A stretch of 64,000 nt of DNA from an uncultured Verrucomicrobiae bacterium (GTDB taxonomy: Bacteria; Verrucomicrobiota; Verrucomicrobiia; Limisphaerales; JAFGQR01). Shown here piece by piece: positions 29,396-40,409 of the stretch. The notes beneath the pieces were generated by a model. The model searched no databases, had not been told where the DNA came from, and was given only the letters and a program-made list of their open reading frames with translations. Location: the NCBI GenBank assembly GCA_963788655.1, contig CAWBHS010000062.1:128001-192000 (forward strand). The letters run 5' to 3'. Position 1 is the stretch's first letter. Each line of letters starts with the position of its first letter. The position numbers and the translations under genes are program-made.

Positions 29396-30340
29396 TCAAC
29401 TGGTGCGCCCACCATTAAATTCAAACAGCGAAGTCACGGATGAATTCTTATGGATCCGCTTGATGGCTTCGCCCAACAGTTCCGCCACCGACAGGGTCGT
29501 AATGCGCACCCCTTCAATCGCAGGGCGGAGGACAGTATCAGTCGTAATCAGTTCGTCAATCTTTGATTTTCGAAGTCGCTCGATTCCCATGTCGTTTAGC
29601 AGAGTGTGCGACACGCAGGCGAGGATATTCTTTGCCCCGCGGCGTTTGAGCAAATCAGCCGCTTGAGTCAGCGTGCCTGCTGTCTCGGTCAGATCGTCCA
29701 CCATGAGCACGTTTTTGCCCCGGATTTCGCCGATAATCGCCATCGATTCGACTTCGGTGGCGTTTTTACGGCGTTTGGCCACGATGGCCAATCCGGCTTC
29801 CAGCACTTGGGAGTAGGCATGGGCCATTTTCAATCCCCCCACGTCCGGGCTGACCACCACCAGGTCGCGCAAGCCCTTTTCTTTCAAATACTCATACATG
29901 ACCGGCGCGGCATACAGATGGTCCACCGGAATATCAAAAAAGCCTTGAATCTGCTGGGCATGAAGATCCATGGTCAGGGCCCGGTTGGCCCCGGCGGCCA
30001 CCAGCAAATTGGCCACCAACTTGGCAGTAATCGGCACGCGGGGCTGATCCTTGCGGTCCTGGCGCGCATAACCGTAAAACGGCAGCACCGCGGTGATGCG
30101 GGAAGCGCTGGCCCGGCGCAACGCGTCCATCATGATGAACAATTCCATCAAGTTGTGGTTCGTGGGCGGGCTGGTGGACTGCAGGATAAACACGTCTTCG
30201 CCGCGCACGTTTTCCTCGATCTTGACGAAGGTTTCGCCGTCGGGAAACGCGCTGACCGTGCATTTGCCCAGCGGAATGCCAATCGACGCCGCGATGGCCT
30301 TGGCCAAAGGCAGATTCGAATTGCCGCTAAAGACTTTCAC
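29396..30340 (-). CDS. prs: ribose-phosphate pyrophosphokinase
   Basis: FPDGE, PFYGYARQDRK, DLHAQQIQGFFDIPVDHL, VSPDVGG. Confidence 0.99.
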   Translation of the reverse strand: MKVFSGNSNLPLAKAIAASIGIPLGKCTVSAFPDGETFVKIEENVRGEDVFILQSTSPPTNHNLMELFIMMDALRRASASRITAVLPFYGYARQDRKDQPRVPITAKLVANLLVAAGANRALTMDLHAQQIQGFFDIPVDHLYAAPVMYEYLKEKGLRDLVVVSPDVGGLKMAHAYSQVLEAGLAIVAKRRKNATEVESMAIIGEIRGKNVLMVDDLTETAGTLTQAADLLKRRGAKNILACVSHTLLNDMGIERLRKSKIDELITTDTVLRPAIEGVRITTLSVAELLGEAIKRIHKNSSVTSLFEFNGGRTS

Positions 30341-30706
30341 GCAAATTGTTTGGTTGCCGGATTCAAGACAAAAGCCACCTCAATGGTGGAGGAAACAAGG
30401 GCGTGAATGTAGCAACGAAGCTTGCCGACGCAAGCGGAATTTTAGATTCGTGCTGAATGAATATTGCGAGGCATAGCCGGAGCCCAGCCCCGCATAAACC
30501 TGCAGCGCCTTGCCTTTCACGAGTCGCTGATGGTTGGAACCGGAGACATGAAGGCCGAGGGGTTTGGATACTGCGACTGCGCTTCGGTCTTGCTGGGTGG
30601 GTTGAAATCGCCAACGTGCGCCGGACTTTCTGGGCTGGTCAAAGTTCCTCAACCGGCCTTAAATTTGCTTCCATCGTTTGAGTTATCCGGCAATACGCGG
30701 TCACTA

Positions 30707-32600
30707 ATGCAGCTTTCAGATCGAGTGCGAAATGTTTTGGGCTACGCCATGATCATCAATCTGGCGGTGGCCTTGGTGTTTGCGGTCGTGGCCTTTGGCG
30801 CCACCACCATTGACTTGGTGGCGGTGGTGTATGCGCTGGCCATGCTCCTGGCATTGCTGTGGGCCACGAAATTGGTGCTGGCCCGGAGTGTCTCGTGGAA
30901 ACGGTCGCCCATGCACTGGCCGGTGGTGGCGTTCACCCTCTACGCGCTGATTCGCTACTTCACATCCACGTTCGAGTACCCCGCTCGCCTCGAATTGTTC
31001 CAAGTGATGCTGTGCGCGTTTATCTATTTCGCCGCCGCCAACAACTTTTATCACAAACGCGACCGGATGATTTTGCTCAACGTGCTGGTCATCCTGGCGA
31101 TCCTCGAATCCGGCTACGCGCTTTGGCAATTCTATACCCATGCCGAAAAGGTCTTGCACATTGTGCGTCCGGAAATCTATCAAAACCGGGGCAGCGGAAC
31201 GTTCATTTGTCCCAATCATCTGGCCGGATTCCTGGGGATCGTGCTGGGTTTGGTGCTGGCTTATATCGCCATTCGCCGAGGCCGGGGCCGTTCGGTGGAA
31301 CGGTCCACTTTGTTGAAAGTGTATCTCATTTACGCGGCGGTGGTCTTTATGGGCGGCATGTTGGCGACGCTGTCCCGGGCGGGTTGGATTTCCACCATGA
31401 TTGGCGTGATGGTGGTGCTCCTGTGGGGCGACTGGCGGCAACGGGCCATGTGGCCGCGCATCGCCGTGGCGGTGGTGGCCGTCGTCACGTTGATCGTCGT
31501 GGCCGCGCGGGTCGAGAAGGTGCGCGAGTACATTACCTACACCTTCAGTCCCCAACGGGCCCAGCCACACTCGTCATTGCGGGATACCAGTTTGGGCGGC
31601 CGCACGCTGCTTTGGAAAGCGACCGCGTCGGTGATCGGAGATCATCCGGTGGTCGGGACCGGTCCGGGTTCCTGGCAATGGTATAATCTCAAATATCGAG
31701 ATCCGAGCTTGCAACGCCGGCCGGTGTACGCCCACAACGAATTCCTCAATCTTACCTCGGACTACGGCCTGATCGGGTTGCTGCTCGGGCTGGGGGTGAT
31801 TGGCTGCTTCTATTGGCAAGCCGGGCTGCTGACCAAGGCGCAAACCCCGTCGGACCAGCGAGCCTTTGCCGTGGGCAGTTTGATTGCCACCACCGTGATC
31901 CTGTTCCACTGCTGGTTTGATTTCGATCTGCACATTCTGGCTAACGCGCTGTTGCTCGCTACGCTCATGGGTTGCACCGCCGCCATGGACGATCCCAAAA
32001 AACGGTTCGGGCGTGCGCAAATGAAACCAGCGACACGGTACGGTACTTGCCGCAGTGCTGGTGGCGCTCGCGCTGCTGGGCGGCTGGCAGGTGAGTCGGG
32101 CGGCACGGGCCTATCGTTACGCGCTGGCGGGCAAGCTGGCCAACCTGCAGCTCGACCGTCAGGAAGCCATTGGATTCTACCGACAAGCTCTGGCGGTGGA
32201 CCCGAAATTCCCGGGGCCGTATTTGCAGTTGGGGAACATCTATTTGCAGGAAAGCTTTTGGCGACGGGATCCGGAACGCGCCGCCGAGCGCATTGATTTG
32301 CAGCAAAAGGCTGTTACCGCCTACCGCCAGGCGTTGGAACTGCGGCCGCGCGATTCGCTGGCGATGTTGCGCCTGGGCAAAGCCTACACCGACCTCGGGG
32401 AAAATGATCTGGCCTTGCAGACTTATCTTCAGGCGCTGGAAGTCGATCCGAACAGCGCCGAAGTAAACCTGCGCCTGGGCCTCTTCTACCAACACATCGG
32501 TGACCTGGAAAAAGCCAAAGCCGCCTTGGAAAAATCCCGCCGCATCAGTGAAGGGCCCAACCGCACCGCGGACCTGAATCTGTGGACGATGGGGAAGTGA
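30707..32600 (+). CDS. O-antigen ligase family (Wzy_C) membrane protein with C-terminal TPRs (frameshift near 32045)
   Basis: Many TM helices, GTF..PNHLAG, TLSRAG, R...W....I.DHP..GTGPG, AHNEFL; TPR ORF 32055..32600 continues it. Confidence 0.88.
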
Positions 32601-32817
32601 ACCGGGGGCTGAAGGTTCACCTTCCGGCGGCACGGCGCCCGGACTGTCTGAGGTCAAGATTCCCAACCGAGCATCTCAAGGTTGCAGGAGACGACGGGCG
32701 GAGTTACTGACTTTTCGAACGAAAAGCGGCTCATTGCCTTGTCGCCCACCATGAGATCGGGATGCGCTGTGATTTTGACTTCCCCGGTCGCCGCCGTCTA
32801 AGCTCGCCGCTGATGTT

Positions 32818-35520
32818 ATGAAACCACTGCCCACGCTGCTTCTCGTTGCCTTTGCTACCACCTCGCTGGTCCGAGCTGAACTGAGTAACTTGGTCGCCAA
32901 CGGCTCCTTCGATCAGAAACAAGCCAGGACCGGCGCTCTGGATGATTGGTCCTCGGCCGGAAATCCTCAGGTCAAGCAACGCTTGCTTCTCGACACCGGC
33001 CGCGACGGCGAACAGTGCGCCAAACTCGAATGCAGTGAGTTCACCGGCGATGGACCGGATTATCACGCCATGATTTGTCAGGTCGGGAAGGTGGGCGTGC
33101 GCCGAGGCAGGTGGTATCGGCTCACCTTTTGGGCCAAAGGCCAGGGCATCAAAGGCGGCGCCGTCGAAGTGGCGCTGAGCAGTACGCGTCCCTGGGAGAA
33201 CGCCGGACTGTCTGAAGCCTTTATCACCCGTCCGCAATGGGAGCGCTACGAATTCCGGTTTCAAGCCGCCAAAGATGTCCCCGGTCCAACGAGTCGGTTG
33301 CAATTCTGGTTTAAAAGCACCGGCACGTTATGGTTGGACGACGTCGTGTTCACGGAGTCGGACGTGGGCCAGCAGTGGTATCCCCAAATCGCCACCGAGG
33401 GCGTGAAGAATTTCGTGCCGAACAGCAGCTTCGAATGCGGCGGCGCGAACTGGGGCAGCTTCACCTGGGGCCTGGGCGGTTGGGCCGGCAATCTGTATCG
33501 GCTCGAAGGCCAGGTCGATGCCGCCGTCGCGCAGCATGGTCCGCACAGTTTGAAGATCGCCCTGACGCCGGACACGCTGCCGGTGTATTGGTTCGATTAC
33601 TACGAACCCGTCCGCCAGCCGGTTCGCCGGGTGCTCGTTGCGAATCGCGGTTGGTTCCACGTGAAGCCCGGTGAAAAACTGACGTTCTCGGCCTACCTGC
33701 GCGCCGATGCCGATGGCGTCGCCGCTCAACTGGCCGCCAACGAAGCGCCCAGCCGCTTGCTGCGCCGGCAAGTGACGGTGGGCCGGGAATGGCATCGATT
33801 TGAATTTACGTTCGCGCCCGCGCAGCCGTTCGTGTTCGTCGCGGTGGGATTGGATCTGGAAGCTTCCAAACGTGAGGCAGCGACCTTGTGGATTGATTCC
33901 GTTCAGTTGGAGCGTGGCGAACACGCCACCGCCTACGTGCCGCGGCAAGCGGTGGAATCGTTCGTCGAAACCAGAGTGCCGGGAAACATCTTCACGAATG
34001 TCTCACAAGGCGTGCAGGTCCAAGTAAGCGCCTTCAACAATACCGACCGCAAGCAAACCGTTTCCGGCAAGTTGACCGTCACCGATTTTTTCGACCGTTC
34101 CGTCGCCGAAACCAATTCCCCGTTGGACTTGCCTGCGCACGCCAGTCAGAACCTCACGTTGAACAACCTGTGCCGTAACCAGCGCGGGTTCTTCCGAGCG
34201 ACTTGGAAAACGCCCGAAACGTCCAACTCAATACGCCTTGCGCTAATTCGGCCGTTGCCGGACACCCTCAAAGATTCACCACTTGGTTTCAATCATGCCT
34301 ACCCATGGGATTTTCTCGTGACACTGGCACGCAAGGCGGGAATTGTCTGGTGGCGCGACTGGTCGGCGAAATGGCAGACCGTCGAACCGGAGCCGGGACA
34401 CTTTGATTTCGCCGTTCCCGATGCGCAGATTCATCGAGTGCTCGGTCTTAACAGCGCAGTGGAAGTCCTCCTGCCATTTCCCTCGGCCTCCTGGTCCAGC
34501 ACCGCGCGCCCGGATGAAGTGGCCAAAGCCGCGGGCAACGACAGCTATTTGCGCGCGCGATTGCCCGTGGCGTATGCGCCAAAGAATCTGGATGACTTCG
34601 GTCGTTATGCCGCCGAGGTGGTGCGCCACTATCGTCAGGCCCAACCACGGCGCGTGACCCATTATCAAATCCTCAACGAACCGGTCTATACCAGCTACGC
34701 CCTGCCGCGGAAATTCGGTTACACCATCGAGGATTATGTGCGCCTGACCGAAGTTGCCTATCGCGCGATGAAAGCGGTTGATCCCGGGTGCCAGGTGGTC
34801 GGCGGCAACAGCGCCAATCTCGACTCCGGGCCGACCCGTGATTTCATCCTGAAGGGCGGCCTGCGGTTTGTGGACGTGTTTGATCTGCACAATTACGATC
34901 CGGCCCGGAGCGCCGAGAGCTTTGAAGATTCATTCGCATCGCTGGAACAATTGATGCGCGAACACGGTGGACCCAAGCCCATCTGGATGACCGAATGGGG
35001 CTGCTACGCGGATGATGATCCGCCCTGCATGCCGCTGGCGGTGGGCGACGCCACCATGAACCGGTGCCGCTGGCCCAGTGAACGCGCCGCAACCGAGCAC
35101 ATCGTGAAATTCGTCGCGATCGGTTTCGCGCACGGCTTGCGCAAAATCTTTTTCCACGCCGGCACCTGCGGGCCCATCAACGGCCCGGACGCTGGCGGTG
35201 TGCTGTTCGAATACGGCGGCGCTCCCCGAAAAATGTACGCCGGCGTGGCAGCATTGACCGAGTTGCTCGGGGTGCCGGATGAGTGCGTGCGGACCATTCA
35301 CGACGGCAGTCTGCGGGCCTACATTTTCCGCGTCAAAAATCGGTCGGCGGCCATCGCCTGGAGTTCAAATGAACCGCGGCAATTGAAGCCTGTGCCCGGC
35401 GTTCAGATTTGCGATATCATGGGCAATGAGATGGACGTAAAAAGATCAATCCTCACCGAGTCGCCCATTTACCTCCTGAGCGACGATCCTGCCCAAATCA
35501 CCAAAGCCTTCGCGAAATAA
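32818..35520 (+). CDS. secreted glycoside hydrolase (clan GH-A-like) with N-terminal CBM4/9-like domains
   Basis: Signal peptide; NLVANGSF and NFVPNSSFE modules; W..VEP..G.FDF, ILNEP acid/base, DLHNY, IWMTEWG nucleophile. Confidence 0.8.
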   Translation: MKPLPTLLLVAFATTSLVRAELSNLVANGSFDQKQARTGALDDWSSAGNPQVKQRLLLDTGRDGEQCAKLECSEFTGDGPDYHAMICQVGKVGVRRGRWYRLTFWAKGQGIKGGAVEVALSSTRPWENAGLSEAFITRPQWERYEFRFQAAKDVPGPTSRLQFWFKSTGTLWLDDVVFTESDVGQQWYPQIATEGVKNFVPNSSFECGGANWGSFTWGLGGWAGNLYRLEGQVDAAVAQHGPHSLKIALTPDTLPVYWFDYYEPVRQPVRRVLVANRGWFHVKPGEKLTFSAYLRADADGVAAQLAANEAPSRLLRRQVTVGREWHRFEFTFAPAQPFVFVAVGLDLEASKREAATLWIDSVQLERGEHATAYVPRQAVESFVETRVPGNIFTNVSQGVQVQVSAFNNTDRKQTVSGKLTVTDFFDRSVAETNSPLDLPAHASQNLTLNNLCRNQRGFFRATWKTPETSNSIRLALIRPLPDTLKDSPLGFNHAYPWDFLVTLARKAGIVWWRDWSAKWQTVEPEPGHFDFAVPDAQIHRVLGLNSAVEVLLPFPSASWSSTARPDEVAKAAGNDSYLRARLPVAYAPKNLDDFGRYAAEVVRHYRQAQPRRVTHYQILNEPVYTSYALPRKFGYTIEDYVRLTEVAYRAMKAVDPGCQVVGGNSANLDSGPTRDFILKGGLRFVDVFDLHNYDPARSAESFEDSFASLEQLMREHGGPKPIWMTEWGCYADDDPPCMPLAVGDATMNRCRWPSERAATEHIVKFVAIGFAHGLRKIFFHAGTCGPINGPDAGGVLFEYGGAPRKMYAGVAALTELLGVPDECVRTIHDGSLRAYIFRVKNRSAAIAWSSNEPRQLKPVPGVQICDIMGNEMDVKRSILTESPIYLLSDDPAQITKAFAK

Positions 35521-35532
35521 TCTCCAACTGGT

Positions 35533-35605
35533 GTAGCGACGTCTCGTCAGAGCGCCGCATTATTTCGCTTCGGAAAATAGCGGCGTTCTTACGAGACGCT
35601 GCTAC
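35533..35605. repeat. GTAG-type inverted doublet
   Basis: GTAGCGACGTCTCGTCAGAGCGCCGC ... GCGGCGTTCTTACGAGACGCTGCTAC. Confidence 0.75.
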
Positions 35606-35771
35606 GTCGCCACATTGCTGCGCCCAAGCTGCATTCCCCGCTTGCGTGAACTTCGCGATCAGCGCAACATCGGTTCACACATTCGGAAAGCGCACCAGAT
35701 GCGCCTCCTTTGCTGGTCCTTTTCCGGCAGGCTTGGAGCAAATCCCGGTGCCGGCAGTGCAGACATTGACT

Positions 35772-37082
35772 ATGAAAGATATGAAGCTCAATCGACGGCA
35801 ATTTCTAACTCGAGGAACCACCGCGGTCGCCGGCGCGCTGGCAATTCCCACTCTCATTCCTGCTTCAGCCCTCGGCAAAGACGGCACCGTGGCTCCGAGC
35901 AACCGTTTTAACATGGGCTGCATCGGTGTGGGCGGCCAGGGCACGCGCGGCATGGCCGGAGGTATATGGGCACCCGAGGGTGGCTTCATTGGCCGTCCTG
36001 AAATCAAGGTCGTGGCCGTGTGCGACGTGAACGCCAACAACCGCAATCGCGCCCGCGACATCGTCAACCAAAAATACCAGAACCAGGATTGCGCCACCTA
36101 CAACGACTTCCGGGAATTGCTCGCCCGGAAAGACATCGACGTCATCCTCACCGCCACCGGCGAACGCTGGCATCCGTTGGTGGGGATCGCCACCGCCAAA
36201 GCGGGCAAGGACATCTATTCCGAGAAGCCGCTCTCCGTCACCATTGAACAAGCCAAAGCCGTGCGCGCCGCGGTGCATCGCTACGGAACAGTTTTCCAGA
36301 TGGGCACGCAACAGCGCTCGAGCTACGCCTTCCGGTTCGCCTGCGAACTGGTGCGCAACGGTTACATCGGTGAAATCCGCGAAGTGATCGTTGGCGTCGG
36401 TGGCGGGCCCACCTTCCAGACTTGCAATCTCCCCGCTCAACCGGAACCTGACTACCTCGACTACAACTTCTGGCTGGGCCCGGCACCATGGCGGCCTTAC
36501 AACGCGGCGTACGTCGGCGGGTGGATGGCCTATCGCGATTTCTCCGGCGGCGAAATGACCAACTGGGGCGCCCACCATTTCGACATTGCCCAATGGGGCC
36601 TCGGTATGGACAATAGCGGTCCAACCGAAATCATTCCGCCCGATGGCAAGGAGTTTAAGTTACTCACCTATCATTATGCGAACGGCGCCGTGATGACGCG
36701 CGATCCGGACCGTTTAAAACGGGAAGCCGGGGTGGACAATGGCGTCATGTTCGTTGGCACCAAGGGCAAGGTGGCCGTGTGGCGTTACGCGTTGCGCACC
36801 TGGCCGGAAAATTTGGTCCGCGAGAAAATCAAGCCGAACGAAATCCACCTGCACGCCTGCGATAACCATCACACCGACTTCATGAATGCCGTCCGGTCCC
36901 GCGGCAAGCCCGGCTGTTACATTGATGTCGGCTGCCGCTCGATCACCGTCTGTCACCTGGGCAACATCGCGTATGAACTGGGCCGGCCGCTCCGCTGGGA
37001 TCCCCTCACGGAAGAATTCGTCAACGATCCGGAAGCCAATCGCATGCGGTTCCGCCAAATGCGCAGTCCCTGGACCATCTAA
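35772..37082 (+). CDS. Tat-exported Gfo/Idh/MocA oxidoreductase
   Basis: NRRQFL Tat motif, IGVGGQG, VAVCDV, AGKDIYSEKP, GTQQRS, WLGPAP, WGAHHFD. Confidence 0.95.
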   Translation: MKDMKLNRRQFLTRGTTAVAGALAIPTLIPASALGKDGTVAPSNRFNMGCIGVGGQGTRGMAGGIWAPEGGFIGRPEIKVVAVCDVNANNRNRARDIVNQKYQNQDCATYNDFRELLARKDIDVILTATGERWHPLVGIATAKAGKDIYSEKPLSVTIEQAKAVRAAVHRYGTVFQMGTQQRSSYAFRFACELVRNGYIGEIREVIVGVGGGPTFQTCNLPAQPEPDYLDYNFWLGPAPWRPYNAAYVGGWMAYRDFSGGEMTNWGAHHFDIAQWGLGMDNSGPTEIIPPDGKEFKLLTYHYANGAVMTRDPDRLKREAGVDNGVMFVGTKGKVAVWRYALRTWPENLVREKIKPNEIHLHACDNHHTDFMNAVRSRGKPGCYIDVGCRSITVCHLGNIAYELGRPLRWDPLTEEFVNDPEANRMRFRQMRSPWTI

Positions 37083-37092
37083 AGGAATCGCC

Positions 37093-39840
37093 ATGATCGA
37101 AATGCAAACTTCCACCCCTTCTCGTCGCGAACGCTTCGATTATTTGGAGCCTGTCGCAAAACTTCGTAGCAGCGGACGTGAGTCCGCTCTGACACTTCGA
37201 AGTTCGCAATACTTGAGCCGACCCACATCGGCTGCTACGTCCGATCCGCGGCGTTCTGACAAGCTCTGTTTATCTTGCGGGAAACGTCAACTCTCCTGCC
37301 TGGCCACTTGGATCGTGGTCGTCGGTTGTCTGCTGGCAACCGCCCTGGCTACGACTGCCGCCAATCTGGAAGAACTCGCGCAAAAAATTCAGAACTACCG
37401 CTTCGGCCAGGATGACAGTGCCCTGACCGAAATTCAGCAATTGGTCACCGCCGCCACCGCCAACAAGGCGGACACGTCTGCACGCGAACAATTGGCCAAA
37501 AGTCTGGCCACCGTGCTGGACACCAACGCCAGTTTCGAAGCCAAACAATTCGTTTGCCGGCAACTCGCCATCATCGGCACACCCAAGCAAGTGCCCGTTC
37601 TGGCTCGGATGCTGACCGACGACAAGTACGCGGACATGGCCCGTTACGCCTCTGGGACCAATCGCTGATCCATCGGTTGACCAGGCCTTACGCACGGCAC
37701 TTGAGCCACACCCAAGGTAAAACCCAGATCGGCATCATCAACACCATCAGCTATCGTCGTGATGCGCGCGCCGTGACTGCTTTGAGCTGGCTCTTGAGCG
37801 CGGCTGACCGCGAGGTTGCCAACGCCGCCGCTACGGCACTGGGGCACATTGGCGGCGCTGACGCTGCCGCCGCACTGCGCAAGGTCCTGCACCAGGTGGA
37901 TGCCAGATTCGCGTTCACGATAGCCGACGCGTACTTGGCTTGTGCTGCAAACTTTTTGCAGGTGTATCGGCAGGACCAGGCGCTGCCCATCTACACGGAG
38001 TTGTATCAATCCAGCACATCGAGCCAGACGCGCGCCGGAGCCTTGCGTGGCCTGGCCATCGCGGGAGGCGCGAATGGAGTGCAATCGGTCATTGCCGCAT
38101 TGCGCGAGGACGATCCCATGATCAAGAAGACGGCGATTGGTTGCATCCAGGTTCTCGAAGGCCAAGACGTGACCCGTCGTTTGGTGGACCAGCTTCCCAA
38201 GTTACCAGCCGCGCAACAGGAATTGCTGCTGGGCGCCCTGGCTGATCGCGGCGACGCGGCTGCGCTGCCTGCCATCACCACCGCCGTCAAGAATGACGAT
38301 TCGCAGGTTCGCTGCGCCGCCTTGCTCGCGTTGGGCAAACTTGGCAATGCCGCTACCGTCAACACCCTGGCTACCGCAGTAGGCAGCAACAGTGCAGCGG
38401 AGCGCAACGCGGCTTTGGGCGGTTTGAAAACGCTAAGCGGCGAAGGCGTCGATGAAGCCCTGGTGTCAACTCTGGCTGGCGCTTCTCCGAGCGTTCGCGT
38501 GCAATTGATCCGGGTGCTGGCCGAACGTAATGCGGTCAGTTCGGTTCCCGCATTGCTGCGCCTGGCTTCCGGGCCAGACCCGGCAGTCGCAAGCGAAGCC
38601 TGCAAGGCGGCGGGACAATTGGCCGACGCAACTGCGCTGCCCGCACTGCTTCAGCTCCTGGTGAACGGCACCCGCCGAAAGCACACGCAATGCAGCGGAA
38701 GAAGCGGTGGTTGCCGTCGCGCACAAACTACCGGACGAAACCAAGCAGGCTGACCTGGTGCTGGCGGCGTTACGCGGCCAAAAGAATGAAGCCGTGCGGT
38801 GTTCTTTGCTGCGGGTGCTGGGTGGCATCGGCAGTCCGGCCGCATTGGAACCGTTGCAGGCAGCCGCCAAGGACACCAACGACCCGGTACGCGATGCGGC
38901 CATTCGAGCGCTGGCCAATTGGCCCAATCCGGCGGCCACACCGATTTTGCTGCGCATCTATCAGTCCGCCAGGGACGCAGCCCATCGCGCCCTGGCCCTG
39001 CGCGGTTTTGTCCGCTTGACGGGATTGGACACCAATGCTGCCCCGGCTGCAATCCTGGCGGAGTATCGTCAAGTGATGCCCCAAGTGAAAGGGTTGGGCG
39101 AAACGCGTTTGGTGCTCTCCGGTCTGGCTAATATTCCCGACCCGCAAGCCTTGCAACTCATCGAGCCTTGCCTGAAGGAAGACGGGGTGGAAGAGGAAGC
39201 GGCGCAGGCCGCAGTCAAAGTCGCCGGCGCGATTGTGGCCGGGCATCGCGATTTGGCGCGGCAGACCGTCGAACGCGTGTTGTCCATCTCGCAGAACGAC
39301 GCTGTCAAACAACAAGCGCGAGAAGTCTTGCAGGTGCTCGATCAAAACGAAGGCTTCATTGGCGCCTGGCAGGTGGCCGGGCCGTACCAGCAAGCCGGAA
39401 AGTCAGGCATGGATTTATTCAACGTGGCGTTTGCTCCGGAAACCAACGACGCCTCCTCGATCAAATGGCGGCTGGTCAACCTCCGTCTCAATGCCAACGC
39501 GCCGACCATTCTCGATCTGCTGTCGCTGCTGGGCGGCGACCAGCGCGTTGCTTATCTGCACACTTGGATTCATTCGGATCAAGCCTGCAAAGCACGCCTG
39601 GAACTTGGCTCCGATGACGGCGTCAAGGCTTGGCTCAACGGCGCGGTGGTTTGTTCCAACAATGTGGACCGTGGTTTGGTGCCGGGACAAGACCAAGCGG
39701 GGATCAGCCTGAAGCAGGGTTGGAACGAACTGCTGCTCAAAGTGACTCAGGGCGGAGGCGGATGGGCGGCGTGCGCCCGGTTGCGCGATCCGGAAGGGAA
39801 CAAGTTGACCGGCGTTCGCTTTGCCGCGGTTCGCGAGTAG
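37093..39840 (+). CDS. secreted HEAT-repeat protein with C-terminal beta-sandwich (frameshifts near 37650, 37700, 38670)
   Basis: AAGGA RBS then ATG 37093; repeated VR.AA..ALG/L motifs across ORFs 36886, 37554, 38707; C-terminal GSDDGVKAWLNG...LKQGWNELLLKV. Confidence 0.85.
37147..37266. repeat. degenerate TIR plus family A doublet inside coding sequence
   Basis: GAGCCTGTC...CGTAGCAGCGGACGTGAGTCCGCT...AGCCGACCCACATCGGCTGCTACG...GACAAGCTC; 120 bp. Confidence 0.6.
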
Positions 39841-39849
39841 CGCTCAAGT

Positions 39850-40336
39850 CAACGTGCTGCCGGCGTCTCGCCGGCAGAAACGAATGCGGGACGGCTTTCA
39901 AATCCAGTCATGCCGGCCTCTGCTCGAATGCCCGGTTGCAAAACTGCCGGCAGGATGCCAGCAGCACGCTGGCGCAACGTGCTGCCGGCGTCTCGCCGGC
40001 AGAAACGAATGCGGGACAGCTTTCAAACCAGTCATGCCGGCCTCTGCTCGAATGCCCCGTTCCGAAACTGACGGTAAGCAAACGGGGCGTGGTTCATCAT
40101 GCCTGCGACTTGGAGTGCGTCCGGCTTGCCGGCGCTTTCGAAGATTTGCCAATGGCCGAATCCTGAAAGGGGTGACTTTGGTTAATCTTGGCGCGCCCGG
40201 AGGCAAGCGAAAGCGGGAGCAAGCTCCGCGCACTCCAAACGCTGGCGCGACTTGGCATGCCCGCACCCAAAATGCACGCCATCTGTACGATGCAACCGGC
40301 ATTCCCAAACTACCGGCAGGATGCCGGCAGCACGTT
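39850..40336. repeat. REP cluster: tandem family D units (ACGTGCTGCCGGCRTCYYGCCGGCAG) with nested family C doublet
   Basis: About 95-bp near-identical direct repeat at 39850 and 39975; family C doublet 40110-40251; closing family D arm at about 40310-40336. Confidence 0.9.
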
Positions 40337-40409
40337 TCGAGGCAGGCCATCGCCCTAGAATGAACGACGTGCGTTGTTCTCCCTGAACCAGCTTTCAGAC
40401 CAACCGCGC

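Noticed and set aside
30341..30700. tRNA upstream of prs
   Set aside because: No cloverleaf or T-loop GTTCRA context seen.
39850..40336. CRISPR-like array
   Set aside because: Repeats alternate in orientation, the spacer is duplicated rather than unique, and no cas genes are present; fits a REP cluster.
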